Assembly (NCBI GenBank): GCA_964016885.1
Contig: OZ024764.1
Span: 2,418,001-2,482,000 of the forward strand
Length of the DNA: 64,000 nucleotides
Source: Eledone cirrhosa
Taxonomy: Eukaryota
Reading direction: 5' to 3'
Part shown: positions 1 through 13,731 of the stretch, one piece after another
Numbering within the stretch: the first letter of the stretch is position 1
Layout of the letters: the number at the start of each line of letters is the position of its first letter
The notes under the pieces: generated by a model
The model's database searches: none
Told to the model about the DNA's origin: nothing
Seen by the model: only the letters and a program-made list of their open reading frames with translations
Position numbers and translations under genes: made by a program

Positions 1-124
1 ATCATCCAAATGTGAAACTGGTAAAGATATTATTAATAGATCTTCTTAAAGACTCCAACATTTTCAACTTCGTTTTCCTATATTTTTACCTGTGTGGTAT
101 ATAAAACACCTTACTTTCTTTTAT

Positions 125-165
<41 letters not shown>

Positions 166-365
166 TATTTACATAAATATATATACATACATACATATAT
201 AAATATATATATACATACATATACACACACATATATATATACATAAATATATACACACACACATACTGATACACACGTGTATATATACACAGACACACAC
301 AAACACTCTCATATACGTAAAAGTAAAGACCAGACAATGTATATATGTGTTAGGGAGTTACCAAC

Positions 366-458
366 CTGTTCTGGGCGTTTGCCTCTTGTCTTTTCAGGGC
401 GTACTCTGCCCAGACTCTCTGGGAGTCAATAAATTCACTTTCCCATGGCATAATGTAT
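366..458 (-). CDS. PRPF8: PRPF8 exon 23 of 23 in window ([31 protein letters not shown])
   Basis: Manual translation matches Prp8; tag acceptor at 459-461, gttggt donor; 93 nt, phase consistent; not shown in the ORF track. Confidence 0.96.
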
Positions 459-519
459 CTAGAAGAGAGAGAAAAACATACATAATATATACTCAGATAC
501 ATATACAAACACGCACACA

Positions 520-1000
520 CACAAAAGGTTTCTCTCTAAATATGAAAGGCAGACTGTATGATGCCTGCATACGAACAGCAATGTTACATGGCAGTGAGAC
601 GTGGGCATTGTGTGCAGAGGATATACGCAGACTGGAGAGAAACGAAGCATGCATGCTCCGCTGGATGTGTAATTGTAATATACGTGAACGGCAAAGCATA
701 AATGAACTAAGTGAGAAATTAGGAATAAGAGGGATCAGATGTTGTTTACTCGAGAGAAGACTAGGTTGGTATGGTCACGTGATGCACATGAAAGACGACA
801 GCTGTATAAAAAAAGTGCAGGGCGATCAAAATTGGTGGAAGCTACGGAGTAGGCAGACCCAGAAAAACCTGAGACGACTTGATAAAATCCGACCTTACAC
901 ACTTACACCTCTCCAAGACAATGTCACTGGACCGAGATCTTTGGCGCTATGCAGTAACACAGAAGACCCGCCTTGCCTAAGTACAAAGTTAACCTACAGT
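520..1000 (+). mobile_element. RTE-clade LINE 3' fragment (RT C-terminus)
   Basis: KGRLYDACIRTAMLHGSETW...LRWMC...RRLGWYGHVMHM motifs typical of RTE ORFs; frameshifted. Confidence 0.85.
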
Positions 1001-1001
1001 C

Positions 1002-1376
1002 AGTAGGCACCTCTTAACCAAATATACACCCCAATCCACTACCCCTACCCTATCCTCCCACTCCCACCAACCTCTCTCTATAAAGTTGGTACCACAACAT
1101 CCAGTCCTAATAAATGAGATAATGAGATCGAGATGGTGTAGGTGTCACAACACACAGTCCACACTGTAATGTGGCCGTGTATGTAACACGGTAAAAACCT
1201 CCCAGTCCACACTGTAAACGTGGTTGGTGTTAGGAAGGGCATCCAGCCATAGAAAACCTGCCAGATAGTCCTATATGAGCGAGACATGGTCACCTGACCA
1301 ACATTGCCTCAAGTGGGACAACTCCCATCTAACCCATGCTAGTGTGGAAGATGGACGTTAAACGATGATGATGATA
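1002..1376 (+). mobile_element. Non-autonomous retroposon with (GAT)n tail and about 2 internal 48-bp modules
   Basis: Near-identical inverted copy at 23218-25662; tail ttggtgttaggaagggcatccagcc...gttaaacgatgatg shared with other SINEs here. Confidence 0.75.
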
Positions 1377-1471
1377 TGTTAAGTATTTCCATGGAAAAGG
1401 TAAAGGAAAGAAGAGTGCTCTATGTATAGTACAGAGCTATTTAATTATATAATAAGCAACACAATATATTT

Positions 1472-1544
1472 ATTCCATTACCAAAGGTTTCACAAAGTTA
1501 GACGATTCTAACAGAAAATTCTGATATCTCTCATCAGAAGGAAT
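1472..1544 (-). ncRNA. Hammerhead ribozyme-like motif (type I, branched stem II)
   Basis: attcctt CTGATGA ... GAAA cc ttt gg TA atggaat; stem III closes, stem I has one mismatch. Confidence 0.55.
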
Positions 1545-1559
1545 CTTATATATATATAT

Positions 1560-1829
1560 CATCATCATTTTACGTCCACTTTTCCCTGCTTGCAAGGGTG
1601 GGACGGGAACTGATTCTGGCTTGATTTCTACAGCTGGATGCCCTTCCTAACACCAACCTTATTTACAGTGAGTGCTGGGTGCTTTTTTGCCGTGGCACCT
1701 CCACAACCACTTTGCAGTGGAATGATAGGGACCCCAGTCCCTATCATCTCATTTCTACAGCTGAGTAAACTGGAGCAATGTGAAATAAAGTGTCTTGCTC
1801 AAGGAAGCAACACATCACCCAGTCTGAGA
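1560..1829 (-). mobile_element. tRNA-derived SINE family A, 5'-truncated
   Basis: Matches full copies at 52500 and 54661; (GAT)n tail. Confidence 0.85.
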
Positions 1830-1856
1830 TGTGTTGTTTCCTTGAGCAAGTGTGTA

Positions 1857-1900
<44 letters not shown>

Positions 1901-1907
1901 AATAAAG

Positions 1908-1980
1908 ATACCTTCTGATGAGTGATATCAGACTTTTCTGTTAGAATCGTCTAACTTTGTGAAACCTTTGGTAATGGAAT
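1908..1980 (+). ncRNA. Hammerhead ribozyme-like motif, inverted partner of 1472-1544
   Basis: atacctt CTGATGA g...t GAAA cctttgg TA atggaat. Confidence 0.5.
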
Positions 1981-2253
1981 AATTATATTGTGTTGTTTAT
2001 TATATAATTATATATATATATATGCAAGCGTGGAAAACGATGATGATGATCCAACAGAAAAAAAGAAAATGTTTTTGCCAATAACACGGGACATTTCAAT
2101 GAAGAGATAGCTAAAAGTATTTAATTCAGAGACGCATATAAACATAGTTTAACTGAAGCCAAAGTCTCCGTAGAGGGAATTAGTTTGGCTTGTATTCCTC
2201 CTACCGACAATTTAACATAAGTTAAAATACATTTATGTTTTATACACACACAC

Positions 2254-2301
<48 letters not shown>

Positions 2302-2649
2302 TATTTATGGCAAATATACATAATTCCTTGAAAATATGTATTCCCATGAGTGAAAAAAATGAACGGAAAACGATGATGATGATGATATAATATGTTATTG
2401 TTATTTATTTATGTTCATACCCAGAACAAAAGCACTACCCAAGCTTAAACCATTAGTTAAACCACCCCTCATATATATATCTGCATGTGTATATATATAT
2501 TTATATATGTATATATGCAAGCAGGGAAAAGCGGACATAAAATGATGATGATGATGACATATCTATATAACGAACATGGATTATGGAACTGAAAAAAGGT
2601 AATATATATATATATATATATTACCTTTTTATATATATATATATATATA

Positions 2650-2781
2650 TTTATTAAAATAACACATTAAAGTTTAAGCAAAGAATCGCTGCTTTCACCC
2701 TTAACGGGATCTTCAGAAGATCCCGTTAAGGGTGAAAGCAGCGATTCTTAGCTTAAACTTTAATCTGTTATTTTAATAAAT
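2650..2781. repeat. Near-perfect palindrome of about 130 bp next to (TA)n; one arm recurs at 22683-22747
   Basis: Arms symmetric around 2715 (gggatcttc a gaagatccc). Confidence 0.9.
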
Positions 2782-2920
2782 ATTTGCTCTAGGGTTCTTA
2801 TATATTTGATATATATTTATCCTTATCGAGCCCTCTTTGGATTTTAGTCTTCAAATTTAATATTATTACTATATATATATATATATAAAGAAATTAAAAG
2901 ATGGTTAAAAAAGTTCCATA

Positions 2921-2990
2921 TATTTTATTATGCGCATTTCGAAAACAACATCATCCTGAGACAGAAATTGTGTTCTCATCAGATAAAATA
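2921..2990 (-). ncRNA. Type I hammerhead ribozyme (Penelope-like), within inverted repeat 2885-3128
   Basis: TATTTTAT CTGATGA [stem II] GAAA TGCGCA TA ATAAAATA: perfect 8-bp stem I, intact core, palindromic stem III. Confidence 0.78.
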
Positions 2991-3486
2991 AGGTAACATG
3001 ATATGAGGCCTAAAAACACTTGTCAACAGGAAAGTGTCCAGTCTACACTTTGTCTACATGTTGTTTTCAAAATGCACATAATAAAATATATGGAACTTTT
3101 TTAACCATCTTTTAATTTCTTCTTTATATATTATACTCCAGTTCTACCAACTGTTGAGTGCTACTTATCTGATATATGCATAGTTTTATTGTTCTACAAT
3201 ATTACTCACCACCTACATTTATATTTATATATATATATAGTCACAAAATTAGGTTAAATTCACAACATTTCCATTTGATGAATACACCCACAGAGGAATT
3301 GTATGTAGTTTTATAGCCAAAGTTGGCAGAGCACTCGCTTGTAAAGAATTTTACATCCCAACTGCCAACTTCAGATACAGAATTATTTACTATTCCTCAG
3401 CCATATGTGTATATCCAACAGATGAAAATGTGAATATATCACAAGTTTATCAAAAGTGTGTGCTATACACACACACACACACACAA

Positions 3487-4240
3487 TGGTGCCATCCAGT
3501 CCCACTGTAAATGTGGTGTGGCTGCTAAACTAGGGTTCCACTTTGTGAAGGGCTCGGTGTGGCCAACTGGCCTGTCCCTCCTCACGACGGTGCCATCCAG
3601 CCCCACACTGTAAATGTGGTGTGGCTGCTAAACTAGGGTCCCACTTTGTGAAGGGCTCGGTGTGGCCAACTGGCCTGTCCCACCTCACGATGGTGCCATT
3701 CAGCCCCACACTGTAAATGTGGTGTGGCTCCTAAACTAGGGTCCCACTTTGTGAAGGGCTCGGTGTGGCCAACTGGCCTGTCCCACCTCACGATGGTGCC
3801 ATCCAGCCCCACACTGTAAATGTGGTGTGGCTCCTAAACTAGGGTCCCACTTTGTGAAGGGCTCGGTGTGGCCAACTGGCCTGTCCCTCCTCACGATTGA
3901 GCCATCCAGCCCCACACTGTAAATGTGGTGTGGCTCCTAAACTAGGGTTCCACTTTGTGAAGGGCTCGGTGTGGCCAACTGGCCTGTCCCTCCTCACGAT
4001 TGAGCCATCCAGCCCCACACTGTAAATGTGTTTGGTGTTAGGAAGGGCATCCAGCCATAAAATACCCAGCCAAATTTACAGTCTTCACCCGGAACAAGGT
4101 GTGACACGGCTAACCCTGGCCAGGCTTGCCACCCCGGGGTGGACAACCCGTCTGACCCATGCTAGCATGGAAGAATTAACGCTAAACAGAAATGATGAGA
4201 GAGAGGGCAGGGAAAGTGGACGTGAAATGATGATGATGAT
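3487..4240 (+). repeat. About 103-bp tandem repeat (about 5 copies) running into a SINE-type tail ending in (GAT)n
   Basis: ggtgccat anchors at 3488, 3589, 3692 and 3795. Confidence 0.88.
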
Positions 4241-4244
4241 GATG

Positions 4245-4468
4245 ATTGATTCTACTTTTGGCACAAGGCCAGCAATTACCCCAGTGCATTACTGGTACTT
4301 TATTTTATCAACCCCAATGCATTACTGGTACTTTATTTTATCGACCCTGTAAGGATGAAAGGCAAAGTTAACCTCGACGAGATTTGAACTCAGAATGGAA
4401 AGGGCCGTAACTCTATGCTGCAAAGCATGACGTCCGACCCTCTACCGATACTGCCAATCCACCACCCT
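4245..4468 (-). mobile_element. tRNA-derived SINE family B (about 190 bp); further copies near 5338, 9448, 9657, 9840, 13178, 22049(+), 26113, 32612, 35462, 40835, 41628 and 59682
   Basis: A-box-like tggcagtatcgg and B-box gttcaaatc; body ctttgcctttcatccttacggggtcgataaaataaagtaccag; (ATT)n tail. Confidence 0.88.
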
Positions 4469-4582
4469 TTGATGATGACTATGATGATGATGATGATGAT
4501 GATGATGACTATGACGATGATGATGATGATGACAATAATGATGATAATGATGATGATGATGATGATGCTGATGATGAACCTA

Positions 4583-4966
<384 letters not shown>

Positions 4967-5009
4967 TCACTGAAAGAGTCATAGCTCAGCTGATTAGGGA
5001 ACAGGTTAA

Positions 5010-6070
5010 CCCTTTAGTGTTCAAACCACCCGAAATTATTTCCCCTTCATTTGTTCAAACCACCCGAAACTGCCTGAAAACACCCACACTAAAAAAATTG
5101 TTCTAAAAATAAACAAGCCATCATCAAAATTTCGTCAATTCGAGACTGCTGCGAGATTAGGCCCTTACCGTGAAAATTAACACTTAATATAGTGGAACAA
5201 CTTAAAACAACATGTGTTTTTTTAACGTTGAAAGTAGAACAGATTATTTTTTGTATCAACATGGCTTGTGAAAGTAGCGATACCAACTTTGAAGGTTTTT
5301 ACACACGACGACATTCAGAATAAACAAGAAACAAACGATAATTGTCTCTACTTTAGGCACAAGGCCAGCAAATACCCAGTGCATTACTGGTACTTTATTT
5401 TTATCGACCCCGTAAGGATGAAAGGCAAAGTCAACCTCGGCGGGATTTGAACTCAGATCGTAAAGGGACGTAACTATGCTGGAAAGCATGGCGTCCAACC
5501 CTCTACCGATACTGCCAATCCACCGCCCTGGTGGATAATATTAGTGATTTATCTTCAAATGAATCTGATGTTTATATTTCTGAAATTTCATCCGACAATG
5601 ATTGTTGTTTTGAAAGTGAAAACGAAGGAGACTCCAAGGCGCCATTGAAAATATTACAGCAACGTGGTTGAAAAATACCACACTAATATATGTTCCCGAT
5701 TTTATTCAAAATACTGGTCCACAACACACATTAGCTCCCGATGCTAAAGCACTGGATTATTTCTTTTTGTTTTTACCACAAACTTTCTTCGAAGTTGTGG
5801 CAGAAGAGATTAATCGATATGCCCAACAACAGATTTCAAATCGAGGAAAACCGGATCTGTTTGGCGACCGACAGATGCTGCGGAAATGCAAGCATGTTTT
5901 ACCGTAAATATTATGTTCGGTATAAAACAATTTCCAAGACTGTGGAATTACTGGAACACTGATATAAGGTTTAGTGATCCTTATATATCAAGTATTATGC
6001 CGAAAACAAAGTATTTAAAATTAAACCAGTATTTGCACCTGGTTGATACTTCAAATGCCCCTATTAATTA
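5010..6070 (+). mobile_element. Degenerate piggyBac transposon: left end and N-terminal transposase remnant, with a nested SINE B
   Basis: TTAA|CCCTT terminus; acidic SDLSSNESD stretch, LDYFFLFLP...EEINRYAQQ and YWNTD...SSIMPKTKYLKLNQYLHLVD resemble PGBD transposases; frameshifted. Confidence 0.78.
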
Positions 6071-6384
6071 ATTTCACCTGCCCATAAAAGTCAAATTTGA
6101 CCAAAAAAATCAGGTAAAATTATATAATTGTAAATTATTGATATTTAAACATCTACTGACAAAATGTCAAGCCTGCACATAGAAAATTAAGAAAATTACA
6201 AACAAATAAAATTGATAACCCTCTTGAGTACGATTAACTGAAAATAATTGTTTCTACTTGGTCGCGGATGACCAGGGTTTTGCACCCAGACAGTTTCCCT
6301 CTAAGGCACAAGCCTGGGCAAAGTTTGTTTTTGTGAAGACCAGCAGTCACCCATACAAACCAGTCTCCCCTCTCTACGCCACCG

Positions 6385-7425
6385 ATGTTGTCCAAGGAAA
6401 AGGCAATGGCTGATAAGCTTGGCGTCAGTATATACATTATATACATATTATATATACACTTTATACACTGCATTTAGACTATATATACACTATACATTAT
6501 ATACATATCATATATATACTTTATATACACTACACTATATATATGTTGTCCAAGGGAAAGGCAATGGCTGATACAGCTTGGCGCCAGTATATACATTATA
6601 TACATATTATATATACACTTTATACACTACATTTAGACTATATATACACTATACATTATATATATATTATATATATATTATATATATACTTTATATACCA
6701 TATATACACTACACTATATATATGTTGTCCAAGGGGAAGGCAATGGCTGATACAGCTTGGCGTCAGTATATACATTATATACATATTATATATACACTTT
6801 ATACATATTATATATACACTTTATACACTACATTTAGACTATATATACACTATACATTATATATATACTTTATATACCATATATACACTACACTATATAT
6901 GTTGTCCAAGGGGAAGGCAATGGCTGATACAGCTTGGCGCCAGTATATACATTATATACATATTATATATACACTTTATACACTACATTTAGACTATATA
7001 TACACCATACATTATATACATATATATATATATATTATATATATACTTTATACACGATATATACACTACACTATATATGTTGTCCATGGGAAAGGCAATG
7101 GCTGATACAGCTTGGCACCAGTATATACATTATATACATATTATATATACACTATACATTATATAGATATCATATATATATTATATATATACTCTATATA
7201 CCATATATACACTACACTATATATATGTTGTCCAAGGGAAAGGCAATGGCTGATACAGCTTGGCACCAGTGACATAACAACATATATATACATTATATAC
7301 ATATACTATATATATACTTTACACACCATATATACACTACACTATACATGTTGTCCAAGGGAAAGGCAATGGCTGATACAGCTTGGCGCCAGTGACATCA
7401 CAACTCATTTCTACAGCTGAGTAAA
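6385..7425. repeat. Tandem array of a SINE slice (tgttgtccaagggaaaggcaatggctgatacagcttggcgccagt) with TA-rich spacers, about 7 units
   Basis: Direct inspection; ends in catttctacagctgagtaaac shared with SINE A. Confidence 0.85.
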
Positions 7426-7465
7426 CACATACACATATATACCCTCCACACATACAGAGCCATAC

Positions 7466-7793
7466 CTTGGTGAATGTGGTTGAACCAGAAGCCATGAGAA
7501 TCTGCCTGACACGGTTGTGGAACCGGTTCATTGATTCCTCATCGACCCGCAGGAAACACTGGGCAGTCCTCTCCTTGGTGACTTCGTTCTGCAGGTTCCA
7601 GACGCCGTCACGGTGAGTAAACTCCTCGTGGGTGGTACGACACTTGGGCAGGATGCGACACTCAAAGCCGGACATGTTGAAGAGGAGGTTAGGGTTGTCC
7701 TTACTGTAGACCGACACAAAACTGTTGTCCCACTGGATTGTGGTCACAGATCGAGGCAGTCTGTTTTTGATGTCCCAAAACACGGCTCGACCC
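7466..7793 (-). CDS. PRPF8: PRPF8 exon 21 ([12 protein letters not shown]...GSTTFTK)
   Basis: Prp8 match; cag / gtatgg; 328 nt. Confidence 0.98.
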
Positions 7794-8084
7794 CTGGTAT
7801 AATAATAATAATAATAATAAAAATAATAATAATAATTTCATTTATTGGCCACAAGGACCGACATGTAGGGGACAATACAAAGACAGGGACAGTGGGGGGT
7901 TTACAATAAGCTCAAGTAAAAGTGCACAATGGCAAGACTAATTTAACAATGAAGATATAAAATATAAAATAAACTATGCATAAATATAACAAAATAAATT
8001 CTCCAATAGCAGGGTGGACGACCCTGGGGTGACTCAGGTACCCCACCAATCCTGAACCACCCGGGAAGGCACCCCTCTCCTCCT

Positions 8085-9012
8085 CAAATTAGCCAGCCTA
8101 TAGGCACTTAGTCAGAGTAGGCCCACTCACACGGCCATTCTCGACAGATTCACCCACCTTTCAGAAAATGTACTGGGGGGCAGAACTTCTCTCTCCACCC
8201 TCACCTTCCTTTGTTAATAGCCAGCCTATAGGCACATGGTCAGAGTAGGCCCACTCACACGGGACATTCTCGCCACATTCATCCACCTTTCAGAAAATGT
8301 ACTGGGGGGAGGGAGCACTTCTCTCTCCACCCTCACCTTCCTTTGTTAATAGCCAGCCTATAGGCTCATAGTCAGAGTAGGCCCACTCACACGGGCCATT
8401 CTTGCCAGATTCATCCACCTTTTAGAAAATGTACTGGGGGGCAGCACTTCTCTCTCCACCCTCACCTTCCTTTGTTAATAGCCAGCCTATAGGCTCATAG
8501 TCAGAGTAGGCCCACTCACACGGGCCATTCTCGCCAGATTCATCCACCTTTTAGAAAATGTACTGGGGGGAGGGAGCACTTCTCTCTCCACCCTCACCTT
8601 CCTTTGTTAATAGCCAGCCTATAGGCGCATAGTCAGAGTAGGCCCACTCACACGGGCCATTCTTGCCAGATTCATCCACCTTTTAGAAAATGTACTGGGG
8701 GAGGGAGCACTTCTCTCTCCACCCTCACCTTCCTTTGTTAATAGCCAGCCTATAGGCTCATAGTCAGAGTAGGCCCACTCACACGGGCCATTCTTGCCAG
8801 ATTCATCCACCTTTTAGAAAATGTACTGGGGGAGGGAGCACTTCTCTCTCCACCCTCACCTTCCTTTGTTAATAGCCAGCCTATAGGCTCATAGTCAGAG
8901 TAGGCCCACTCACACGGGCCATTCTCGCCAGATTCATCCACCTTTTAGAAAATGTACTGGGGGGGGGGGGGGGGGAGGGAGCACTTCTCTCTCCACCCTC
9001 ACCTTCCTTTCC
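8085..9012. repeat. About 130-bp tandem repeat (about 7 copies) derived from an L1/Tx1-like LINE 3' end; related single fragment at 9050-9440
   Basis: Minus-strand FSKRWMNLARMARV matches adjacent KRKIRVERE..FVERWVREARMARV. Confidence 0.78.
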
Positions 9013-10092
9013 AGGTGAAACTTGAAAGAAGTATAATAATAATAACAATGCTTTCTTTATTAACCACAAGGGTTGACATAAAGTAGACATTAAGGACAGT
9101 ACAGGACGGTACAAATGGACATTTCTACATGTAAAGAAAAGACAAAGGAAATGACAAAAAAAGAAACAAAGGAAAATTCCCCAATGGGGGGAGACTTCTG
9201 AAGGTCACTCGTGGAGAAAGCCCATTAAAACAGCCACGGTGACCCTGACCGCCAGGGCAAGTGCCCTCTGCCAGTTTTATACCTTCAATTTACATACTCA
9301 GAGCAGGCCCATTCACTCGGGCCATTCTTGCCTCTCTCACCCATCTTTCAACAAATTGCTGGGAAGGGAGCACTTCCCTCTCCACCCTGATTTTCCTTTT
9401 CAAATAAAATTTGAGAAAGTTAATCAGGGCATCACCGAAGATAATATTATAATTGTTTCTACTTTTGGCACAAGGCCAGCAATTACCCAGTAAATTACTG
9501 GTACTATATTTTATCAACCCCCGTAAGGATGAAAGGCAAAGTTAACCTCGGCGGGATTTGAAGTGTCAGTAAAGGGACTTAACTCTATGCTTCAAAGCAT
9601 GGCGTCCGACTATCTACTGATACTGCCAATCCACCACTCTTGAAGATAATAATAATAATAATTGTTTCTACTTTTGGCACAAGGCCAGCAATTACCCCAG
9701 TGTATTACTGGTACTTTATTTTATCGACCTCCGTAAGGATGAAAGGCAAAGCTAACCCCGGTGGCATTTGGACTCAGACTGTAAAGGGGCGTAACTCTAT
9801 GCTGCAAAGCATGTCTTCCAACCTTCTACCGATACTGTCAATAATAATTGTTTCTACTTTAGGCACAAGGCCAGCAATTACCCCAGTGTATTACTGGTAC
9901 TTTATTTTATCGACCTCGTAAGGATGAAAGGCAAAGTTAACCTCGGTGGGATTTGAACTCAGACTGTAAAGGGACGTAACTCTATGCTGCCAATCCACCG
10001 CCCTGTCAATAATAATGATTTCATTTATTGGCCACAAGGGCTGACATGTTGACTTTAGCAGACCACTGGGAAAGATGAGAGAAGAGTACTCA

Positions 10093-11527
<1,435 letters not shown>

Positions 11528-11676
11528 AAATAAATAAACAAATAAAAACACACAGACACCCGGATGTAACACGTGCGTAAACTAAGCACACAACACACAC
11601 AAAAACAAGATGGCATAGGACAGAACAAAAGAGAGGCACAAAACAAAGAAAAGAATCCCCAGTCACTGAAGAGGTC

Positions 11677-12797
11677 AGTCCCTATCATCTCATTTCTACA
11701 GCTGAGTAAACTGGAGCAATGTGAAATAAAGTGTCTTGCTCAAGGAAACAACACATCACCCGGTCTGAGAATTGAACTCACAACCTTTCGATTGCAAGCC
11801 CAGTGTGGACTGGGTACTTTTTGTTGTGACACCAGCATGACCACTATACAGTGTGGACTGGGTACTTTTTGTTGTGACACCTGCATGACCACTTTACAGT
11901 GTGGACTGGGTACTTTTTGTTGTGACACCTGCATGACCACTATACAATGTGGACTGGGTACTTTTTGTTGTGACACCTGCATGACCACTTTACAGTGTGG
12001 ACTGGGTACTTTTTACCGTTACACCTACATGACCACTTTACAGTGTGGACTGGGTACTTTTTGTCATGACACCTACATGACCACTTTACAGTGTGGACTG
12101 GGTGCTTTTTGTTGTGACACCTACATGACCACTTTACAGTGTGAACTGGGTGTTTTTTCTTGTGACACCTACATGACTTTACAGTGTGGAGTGGGTGTTG
12201 TTTGTTGTGACACCTACATGACTTTACAGTATGGACTGGGTGTTGTTTGTTGTGACAGACATGACCACTTGACAGTGTGGACTGGGTGCTTTTTGTTGTG
12301 ACACCTACATGACCATTTTACAGTGTGGACTGGGTGTTGTTTGTTGTGACACCTACATGACCACCTTACAGTGTGGACTGGGTGCTTTTTGACATGTCTC
12401 TTACATGACCACTTTACAGTGTGGACTGGGTGCTTTTTGACATGTCTCTTACATGACCACTTTACAGTGTGGACTGGGTACTTTTTGTTGTGCCACCTAC
12501 ATGACCACTTTACAGTGTGGACTGGGTACTTTTTGTTGTGACAGCGACATGACCACTTTACAGTGTGAACTGGGTACTTTTTGTTGTGCCACCTGCATGA
12601 CCACTTTACAGTGTGAACTGGGTACTTTTTGATGTGACACCTACATGACCACTTTACAGTGTGGACTGGGTACTTTTTGTTGTGACACCTACATGACCAC
12701 TTCACAGTGTGGAGTGGGTGTTGTTTGTTGTGACACCTACATGACCACTTTACAGTGTGGACTGGGTACTTTTTGTTGTGACACCTACATGACCACT
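11677..12797. repeat. SINE A head fused to a 48-bp tandem array (accactttacagtgtggactgggtactttttgttgtgacacctacatg), about 21 units
   Basis: Direct inspection; inverted sister array at 53210-53945. Confidence 0.9.
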
Positions 12798-12911
12798 CAC
12801 ACAGACAGACCTAGTGAGGCACAGACAAATAAACATAGAATGGCAAATATACACTGACACACAGACAGATGTAGACACATACACTCAGACACTTCTCGCC
12901 GTAGTACGTAC

Positions 12912-12985
12912 CTGAAGAATATATGAATCCTGTCAATATAGCGACAGAACAGTCTTATAGGATGGGCTGTTTCAGTGGTTACATC
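12912..12985 (-). CDS. PRPF8: PRPF8 exon 19 ([25 protein letters not shown])
   Basis: Manual translation; cag / gtacgt; 74 nt. Confidence 0.97.
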
Positions 12986-13378
12986 CTGAATAAAATACAG
13001 ACAAAGATATATAAATATATTTATATAAACAAATTAACTTGAAAATAGTTTTGGGACGCGAGTGTATTAGGATTCTCAGGAAAACAGGAAAACATGGCAT
13101 ATGGAAGCTGTTAAAACAGCAAAATACCATCGAAGTGGCGTTGGGTAAAATATTTGTCCTTCCCGGTAATATTTTACGGTACTTTATTTTATCGACCCCC
13201 GTAAGGATGAAAGGCAAAGTTAACCTCGGCGGGATTTGAACTCAGATCATAAAGGGAGGTAACTCTATGCTGCAAAGCATGGCGTCCGACCCTCTACCGA
13301 TACTGCCAATCCACCACCCTAGTGTAATACTAATAATAAAAAGGATAAAGTGCTATGTCTTCATTACGTTTACTAAGG

Positions 13379-13453
13379 TGTGACATGTGTTTCACTATTG
13401 ATCAGCTCCAGGTTCGATCCGGCCCGGCTATGGAGTGAGAAACTCATCAGACT
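13379..13453 (-). ncRNA. Hammerhead ribozyme-like motif inside inverted repeat 13360-13560
   Basis: agt CTGATGA g...t GAAA CACATG TC aca; GUC triplet, stem I only about 2 bp. Confidence 0.5.
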
Positions 13454-13654
13454 TCTGTTGTGGTAACAACAGAAAGATTCCCGATCAATACAGATCAATA
13501 CAGATCAAACTTTGAGCTGATCAATTGTGAAACATCACACCTCAGTAAATGTAATGAAGATTTAACACCTTGTCCATATTATTGTCATTAGAAATATGGC
13601 CATGAGAGGGATGACTCATTCGTGGCCATATTTCTAACAAATAGACTTGGTTTC

Positions 13655-13700
13655 AACAGAGAGAGGATGTATGTGATTCTACTATTGATAGTGAGAGGGG

Positions 13701-13731
<31 letters not shown>

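Noticed and set aside
2686-2750. Hammerhead in the 2650-2781 palindrome (CTGAAGA tcccgttaagggt GAAA)
   Set aside because: No convincing stem III or NUH, and the sister copy at 22741 reads CAGAAGA; at most a degenerate relic
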